From Gaiellaceae bacterium (GTDB lineage: Bacteria; Actinomycetota; Thermoleophilia; Gaiellales; Gaiellaceae), in assembly GCA_035652835.1 (NCBI GenBank), contig DASRDA010000003.1, positions 32,076 to 96,075 on the forward strand: a stretch of DNA of 64,000 nucleotides, written 5' to 3'. Below the pieces are notes generated by a model. It did no database searches. It was not told where the DNA came from and was given only the letters and a program-made list of their open reading frames with translations. The position numbers and the translations under genes were made by a program. Below are positions 58,831-64,000 of the stretch, piece by piece; the stretch's first letter is position 1; the number at the start of each line of letters is the position of its first letter.

Positions 58831-59688
58831 GTGAAGGAAGTGGGCATTCCCGGGGGCGGCGACGCGTTCCGCGACAGCTTCCGCGCGGCGCTCGCGACGA
58901 TCCTGGAGCTGTCCCTGTCCGAGGTCCCGGAGGCGGGCGGCGCGGCCGATGCCGTGGCGGGCGGAACGCTCACGCGCTGGCTCGGCGGCCTCGGCATGGG
59001 TCTCGTGCCGGTCGCGGAGCCGCGGACGTTCGCGTGGGCGGGGCCGTGGCTCGCCTGCGTGCAGCCGCCACGGGGAGAGCGCCGGTTCGTCGTCATGTAC
59101 GGGGTGCCGTCGGGCGTCGTGTGGGACCCCGCGGGCGACGGCGCCGTGGCGTCCGAGTGGCTCGTCGAGGGGTTCGTCGTCGCGGCGTCGGACATCGCGC
59201 TCGCACGACCCGCGTCGCCGGCGCCGCCGCGCGCGGGCGGCGTGCTCGAGGAGATCTGGGTCGCGGCCGCCGCGGGCGAGCCGGTGCGCGCGCTCGACCG
59301 CGTGACGGCGCGCGCCGGTGCCGGCCTCGACGGCGACCGCCACGTCACCGGGCGCGGAACCTTCCCGTCCGGCCTCCCGGGCAGCGCGCTGACGCTGATC
59401 GAGGCGGAGGTCTGCGAGTCGTTCGAGCCGCCGCTTCGGGCCGGCGAGCACCGCCGCAACCTCGTGACGCGTGGCATCGACCTCAACGCCCTCGTCGGCC
59501 GCGAGTTCACGATCGGGAGCGTGCGCTGCCGCGGCATGCGCCTGTGCGAGCCGTGCAGGGTCGTCGACGGCTACGCGTCGCGGCCGGTCCTGCGCGCGCT
59601 CGTCCATCGCGGCGGCCTGCGCGCCGACGTCCTCGAGGACGGCGAGGTCCGGACGGGCGATCCGGTCTCGGCGCTCGACGACCGCTGA
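58831..59688 (+). CDS. MOSC domain protein with an uncharacterised N-terminal domain of about 130 aa
   Basis: The C-terminal MOSC beta-barrel has the conserved Cys context (GMRLCEPC). I do not recognise the N-terminal half. Confidence 0.8.
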   Translation: MKEVGIPGGGDAFRDSFRAALATILELSLSEVPEAGGAADAVAGGTLTRWLGGLGMGLVPVAEPRTFAWAGPWLACVQPPRGERRFVVMYGVPSGVVWDPAGDGAVASEWLVEGFVVAASDIALARPASPAPPRAGGVLEEIWVAAAAGEPVRALDRVTARAGAGLDGDRHVTGRGTFPSGLPGSALTLIEAEVCESFEPPLRAGEHRRNLVTRGIDLNALVGREFTIGSVRCRGMRLCEPCRVVDGYASRPVLRALVHRGGLRADVLEDGEVRTGDPVSALDDR

Positions 59689-59733
59689 CCCGGCACCCGC
59701 GGCGTCGCCGCGGATGCCGGGCCGTCGCCCCGC

Positions 59734-61959
59734 TCAGCTCGCGCCGGCGAAGGCGGGAGACGAGGCGAGCTTCGGCGCGCCGCCGTGCTCCACCCGCGGC
59801 AGCCATTCGAGCCAGCGGGGGAGGTACCAGTTCCACTCGCCGAGCAGCTTCATCGTCGCGGGCAGCAGGACGGCGCGGACGATCGTCGCGTCGATGAGCA
59901 CCGCGGCCGCGAGGCCGATGCCCATCTCCTTCATGTCGAGGATCGGCAGCGTGGCGAAGATCGAGAACACGCCGACCATCACGAGGGCGGCGCTCGACAC
60001 GACGCCCGCGGTCGTCTTGATCCCGTGGGCGACCGCGTCTTCCGTCTTCAGGCCGCGGTCGTGCGCCTCGCGGACGCGGCTCAGGATGAAGACGTGGTAG
60101 TCCATCGAGAGGCCGAAGAGGATCACGAACATGAAGATCGGCAGCCAGAACGCGACGCCGCCGTTCGAGGTGAAGTGCAGGACGCCGGCGCCCCAGCCGT
60201 ACTGGAACACGGCCACGAGCACGCCGTAGGCGGCGCCGACGGACAGCAGGTTGAGCACGATCGCCTTCGCCGCGATCACGACCGACCGGAACGAGACGAG
60301 CAGCAGGACGAACGCGAGCGTGAGCACGAAGGCGAAGACGAGCGGCCACGAGTGCTTCAGCAGCGCGTTCGCGTCGACGGAGTTGGCGGTGCCGCCGGTG
60401 ACGGCGTACGCCGCGCCGGGCAGCGTGCCGACCGTCCGTGGGAGGATCCGCTCGCGCAGCGTGCGGAGCGCGGCGGCCGAGCGGGCGTCGGTGCCGTTCC
60501 CGGCGAGCGGGATCGTGATGCGGGTGGTGCTGCGAGTCGCGTTGACGTCCACCTCGATCGGCGTGCGCATCTGGCCGCTCGCCAGCGCCTGCGTGCGCAG
60601 CTCGCGGATCGCCGCCACCGTCGCGGGCGCGTCGGCCGGCGCCCTCACCGCCACGATCGCGGGAGCGACGTTGCCGGGGAACGCCTTCTGGAGCCGGTCG
60701 ATCGTCGAGACCGTCGCGATGCCCTTCGGCAGCGCGTCGAGGCCGGTCTGCGCGGTGTGGATGTGCAGCACGGGAACCGCCAGCACGAGCAGGACGGCCG
60801 CGGCGGCGACTGCCGACGCGAGCGGCCTGCGCAGCGCGGGCGTGAGCACCGCCGACCACAGCCGGTTCTCGCCGCGCTCGCGGCGGAGACGGCCGAGGAA
60901 CGGGATGCGGCCCTTCTCGATGCGGTCGCCGAGCTTCGACAGCAGCGCCGGCAGCACGGTCAGCGAGCCGAGCATCGCCACCGCGACCACCATCATCGTC
61001 GCGACGCCGAACGAGAGGTACGTCTTGTCGCCGCTGATCAGCATCCCGGCCATCGCCACCATCACCGTGACGCCCGAGATGAGGACGGAGCGGCCCGACG
61101 TGGCCGCCGCGGCCTCGAGCGCGGCGTCGGCGCTCTTCCCCGCGGCGCGCTCCTCACGCTCGCGCTTGAGGTAGAAGAGCGAGTAGTCGACGCCCACCGC
61201 GAGCCCGACGAGCAGCAGCACCGCGCTCACGTTGGGGTCCATGGGCACGAGATGGCTCGGTAGCGCGACGAGCCCGATCGTCCCGGCGACGGCCGAGAGC
61301 GCGAGCAGCAGCGGCACGCCCGCCGCGACGATCGCGCCGAACACGAGCAGCAGCACGATCAGCGTCAGCGGGACCGACCGCTCGCCCGCCTGCTCGAGCT
61401 GACGGTTGAACGCCTCGTTCAGCGCCTTGCCGGAGCTGATCGAGCCGGCCTCGCCGATCGTGAAGCCGGGATGCCGTGCGGCGACCGCGGACGTGGCGGC
61501 GGTGATCGCGTCGATGTGCTTCGTCGCGACCTTGGAGTCGCCCTTCATCGCCCACTGCACGATCGCGCTGTGGCCGTCCGCCGAGACCTGCCCGCTTCCG
61601 GCGCGGTACGGCGAGCGGAGGTTGGCGATCATCTCGAACTTGCCGACCGTCCGGACGACGTCGCCGACCGCCGCGCGGAATGCCGGGTCGCCTGCCGTCA
61701 GCGACCGGCTCTGGACGAGGACGATCTCGGTCTGCGGGTCGGTCTGGAACCCCGCCTGCCGGAGCAGCCGGTCGGCGCGGTGCGACTGCCCGACGTTCGC
61801 GTTCTGCTCGTCGATCTGGCGCGTGCCCACGACGTGGCCGAGCGCGAGCGCGGCGACGACGAAGGCGAGCCACCCGAAGACCGCCGCCTTCCGGTGGGCC
61901 GCGCTCCAGCGACCCATCCGGGCCGCGATGTTGTTCGATCTCTCGAGAGGTGACATGGC
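59734..61959 (-). CDS. MMPL family RND-type membrane transporter
   Basis: ATG 61959. 741 aa with two 6-TM bundles, each followed by a soluble loop, and typical MMPL blocks (VGVDYSLFYL, GLSMDYHVFILSR). Confidence 0.9.
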   Translation of the reverse strand, partial: AMSPLERSNNIAARMGRWSAAHRKAAVFGWLAFVVAALALGHVVGTRQIDEQNANVGQSHRADRLLRQAGFQTDPQTEIVLVQSRSLTAGDPAFRAAVGDVVRTVGKFEMIANLRSPYRAGSGQVSADGHSAIVQWAMKGDSKVATKHIDAITAATSAVAARHPGFTIGEAGSISSGKALNEAFNRQLEQAGERSVPLTLIVLLLVFGAIVAAGVPLLLALSAVAGTIGLVALPSHLVPMDPNVSAVLLLVGLAVGVDYSLFYLKREREERAAGKSADAALEAAAATSGRSVLISGVTVMVAMAGMLISGDKTYLSFGVATMMVVAVAMLGSLTVLPALLSKLGDRIEKGRIPFLGRLRRERGENRLWSAVLTPALRRPLASAVAAAAVLLVLAVPVLHIHTAQTGLDALPKGIATVSTIDRLQKAFPGNVAPAIVAVRAPADAPATVAAIRELRTQALASGQMRTPIEVDVNATRSTTRITIPLAGNGTDARSAAALRTLRERILPRTVGTLPGAAYAVTGGTANSVDANALLKHSWPLVFAFVLTLAFVLLLVSFRSVVIAAKAIVLNLLSVGAAYGVLVAVFQYGWGAGVLHFTSNGGVAFWLPIFMFVILFGLSMDYHVFILSRVREAHDRGLKTEDAVAHGIKTTAGVVSSAALVMVGVFSIFATLPILDMKEMGIGLAAAVLIDATIVRAVLLPATMKLLGEWNWYLPRWLEWLPRVEHGGAPKLASSPAFAGAS

Positions 61960-62116
61960 CTGCCTTTCGGATCGCGGAGAGTGGACGATCCGAGCCTCCC
62001 GGCGTCGGCGCGCCGCGGGTATGCAGCGGGCCTGCCTCTTGCGGTGCGGGAATCCCCACCGTCGGTCGCGGGCCGTCCCCATTCCCGCGGCGCGTCTGCG
62101 CGGTCAGGCTGCACGC

Positions 62117-62269
62117 ATGAGCTTCAAGTCGATCCTCTACCTCACCGTCCTCGTCGCGGCGCTGCTCCTGCTCGCCGTCGGCGGCTGGCTGGCGAAGGGC
62201 CTGAAGGCGTTCGTCGGCCAGACGACACAGCCCGGCCGCCGGCCGTTGCTCAGCGGCGCAGGTACGTGA
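62117..62269 (+). CDS. possible small single-TM protein (50 aa)
   Basis: ATG 62117, MSFKSILYLTVLVAALLLLAVGGWLAKGLKAF..., high GC3. It overlaps the convergent regulator's end by 20 nt. No homology call. Confidence 0.4.
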   Translation: MSFKSILYLTVLVAALLLLAVGGWLAKGLKAFVGQTTQPGRRPLLSGAGT

Positions 62270-63416
62270 GCGCCGCGAGCACGCGGCGGTGGTCGTGCTC
62301 GTCCGCCGGCAGGCGCAGCTTCGTGAAGATGCTCGTGACGTGCTTCTCGACCGCGCCCGGCGTGACGACGAGCCGCTCCGCGATCGCCTGATTCGACCGG
62401 CCCTCGGCAATCAGCTCGAGCACCTCCCGCTCGCGCGGCGTCAGCTCCGACAGCGGGTCGTCGTCGCGGCGGCGGCCGACGAGCCGCGAGACGACCTCGG
62501 GGTCGAGCGCCGAGCCGCCCTCGGCGACGCGCTTCACCGCGGCCGCGAACTCCTTCACGTCCGCGACGCGGTCCTTGAGGAGGTACCCGACGCCGTCGGC
62601 GTTCGCCTGCAGCAGCTCGAGCGCATAGGCCGACTCGACGTACTGCGAGAGCACGAGCACGCCCACCTGCGGGTGGCGGGCGCGGATCTCCTGCGCCGCC
62701 CGCAGCCCCTCGTCGGTGTGCGTCGGCGGCATCTTGATGTCGACGATCGCGACGTCGGGCGAGTAGGAGCGCACCTTCAGGAGCAGCTCGTCGGGATCGC
62801 CCGCTTGGCCGACGACGTGGAAGCCGGCGTCGTTGAGGAGCCTCGCGATGCCTTCGCGGAGGAGCACCGAGTCCTCGGCGATCACGACGCGCAGCCGTGC
62901 CCCGAGCCCCTCCTCGGCGACGTCCGCCCGCAGGGGCGGGAAGCCGACCGCCGGGTCGAGCTGGTAGATCCGCTCCGGCTGGTCGAGCCCGCGCAGCTGG
63001 TGCGCGCCGAGGTCGAGCGCCTCGACCGAAGTCGAAAGCGATCCGTACGCGGCTTCCGAGAGCAGCACCTGGCCGCCGTGCCCGGCGGCGCAGACGCGGG
63101 CCGCGCGGTGCATGTCGAGGCCGACGTAGCTGCCCTCGACGCGGAGCGGCTCGCCGGCGTGGATGCCGATCCGCACGCGGACCGGCCCGTCGTGCCGGCT
63201 CTGGATCTCGCGCGCCGCGGCGACCGCCGCGTCCGGCTCGGCGAACGCCGCCGCGAGCTGGTCGCCGCGACAGTCGATCTCCGAGCCTCCGTTCGCCGCG
63301 AGCGCGTTCCGGACGACGCGCCGGTGCTCCTCGAGCGCGGCGGGGTAGTCGTCGCCGAGCTCCTGCACGAGCCCCGTCGAGCCCTCGATGTCGGTGAAGA
63401 GGAGCGTGACGCTCAC
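62250..63416 (-). CDS. class III nucleotidyl cyclase domain fused to a NarL/LuxR-type response regulator (CHD-REC-HTH)
   Basis: N-terminal LLFTDIEGST ... RGDQLAAAF ... RIGIHAGE (cyclase homology domain). REC with AEDS and VDIKMP acceptor context. C-terminal LuxR HTH (LTPREREVLELIAEGRSNQAIAERLVVTPGAVEKHVTSIF). Confidence 0.85.
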   Translation of the reverse strand: MSVTLLFTDIEGSTGLVQELGDDYPAALEEHRRVVRNALAANGGSEIDCRGDQLAAAFAEPDAAVAAAREIQSRHDGPVRVRIGIHAGEPLRVEGSYVGLDMHRAARVCAAGHGGQVLLSEAAYGSLSTSVEALDLGAHQLRGLDQPERIYQLDPAVGFPPLRADVAEEGLGARLRVVIAEDSVLLREGIARLLNDAGFHVVGQAGDPDELLLKVRSYSPDVAIVDIKMPPTHTDEGLRAAQEIRARHPQVGVLVLSQYVESAYALELLQANADGVGYLLKDRVADVKEFAAAVKRVAEGGSALDPEVVSRLVGRRRDDDPLSELTPREREVLELIAEGRSNQAIAERLVVTPGAVEKHVTSIFTKLRLPADEHDHRRVLAALTYLRR

Positions 63417-63449
63417 GTCGCTCGAGTCTACGACGGGCCTGTCGGCGAA

Positions 63450-63471
63450 AAGGTGGGGCTAACCCCACCTT
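63450..63471. promoter_or_regulatory. palindrome AAGGTGGGG-CTAA-CCCCACCTT in the divergent regulator intergenic region
   Basis: 9-bp perfect arms lie between the cyclase-RR start (63416) and the REC gene start (63495). NarL/LuxR-type regulators bind inverted repeats, so this is a candidate operator. Confidence 0.4.
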
Positions 63472-63494
63472 GGCGCGTCGTCCGCTGTGCCACG

Positions 63495-63851
63495 ATGCGC
63501 CGCGTGACGTCCGTGCTGATCGTCGACGACCACCCGAGCTTCCGCGCGTCCGCGCGGGCGCTGCTCGAGGCGGAGGGGCTCGACGTGGTCGGCGAGGCGG
63601 CGGACGGCGCGTCCGCGCTCGAGGAGGCGGCGCGGCTCCGGCCGCAGGTCGTCCTGCTCGACGTGCAGCTGCCGGACATCGGTGGCTTCGACGTCGCCGC
63701 GCGGCTGTCGGCGGACGGCGGGCCGCAGGTGATCCTCACGTCGAGCCACGACGTCCGCGACTTCGGTCAGCTCGTCGCGCGGAGCGGCGCCGCCGGGTTC
63801 ATCCCGAAGGCCGAGCTGTCCGCGGCCGCGATCGCCGAGCTGCTCCGCTGA
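63495..63851 (+). CDS. stand-alone response regulator receiver protein
   Basis: VLIVDDHPSFR ... VVLLDVQLPD ... GFIPK, 118 aa, no output domain. Confidence 0.8.
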   Translation: MRRVTSVLIVDDHPSFRASARALLEAEGLDVVGEAADGASALEEAARLRPQVVLLDVQLPDIGGFDVAARLSADGGPQVILTSSHDVRDFGQLVARSGAAGFIPKAELSAAAIAELLR

Positions 63852-63858
63852 CGCGGGG

Positions 63859-64000
63859 TCAGCGGCGCGCCTGCGCCGCGGCGAGGTCCGCCTCCTCGCG
63901 CTCGTCCGGCTCGGGCTCGAACGGGATCGCGGCCCAGATGCGCGTGCCGTGGCCGGGCGAGCTGTCGACGCCGAAGCGGCCGCCGAGCGCGTCGACGCGG
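63859..64000 (-). CDS. sensor histidine kinase, C-terminal fragment (5' part beyond the window)
   Basis: Minus-strand translation ends ...RVDALGGRFGVDSSPGHGTRIWAAIPFEPEPDEREEADLAAAQARR-stop, which is the G2 box and end of an HATPase_c domain. Confidence 0.6.
   Translation of the reverse strand, partial: RVDALGGRFGVDSSPGHGTRIWAAIPFEPEPDEREEADLAAAQARR

Overview
This is a roughly 72% GC chromosomal window. Its gene content looks Actinomycetota-like (F420-type enzymes, MMPL, LAL regulators), but that placement is inference only. I support about 55 protein-coding genes. I recognised no rRNA, tRNA, CRISPR array, transposase or prophage. Many long R/A/G/P-rich ORFs in the track are antisense or off-frame shadows of real genes and were rejected.

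Gene content from left to right:
- An FtsX-like permease (partial), a CGNR zinc-finger protein and an MFS transporter.
- A rhamnoside utilisation locus: a GH78 rhamnosidase, a LacI regulator with two operator-like palindromes, a sugar ABC transporter and an aldo/keto reductase.
- A complete, mostly translationally coupled arginine operon, argC-J-B-D-R-G-H-F, on the minus strand.
- MFS transporters, two HtrA-like proteases and a GT39-like membrane protein.
- A cupredoxin lipoprotein coupled to a PilJ-PAS-GGDEF-EAL protein.
- mreB, a VWA protein and a ribokinase.
- A cNMP-binding protein next to a cytochrome b5-P450-CPR triple fusion.
- A LAL/LuxR regulator with two cupins.
- An ABC exporter with an ApbE / FMN-bind / ferric-reductase-like flavinylation module.
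- A Mn catalase, PadR modules and an HD-GYP protein with a poly-Pro linker and three Ig/cadherin-like repeats.
- Usp and F420-type enzymes, MOSC, MMPL, and a cyclase-REC-LuxR fusion with a REC protein and a partial histidine kinase.

The observations most worth follow-up are:
- A DsbA/FrnE-like gene whose first active-site Cys codon is an in-frame TGA followed by a SECIS-like hairpin. It is either a candidate selenoprotein or a pseudogene.
- The b5-P450-CPR fusion.
- The HD-GYP / extracellular-repeat protein.
- Two families of conserved palindromic intergenic elements.

Start codons are often uncertain, and no database searches were possible.
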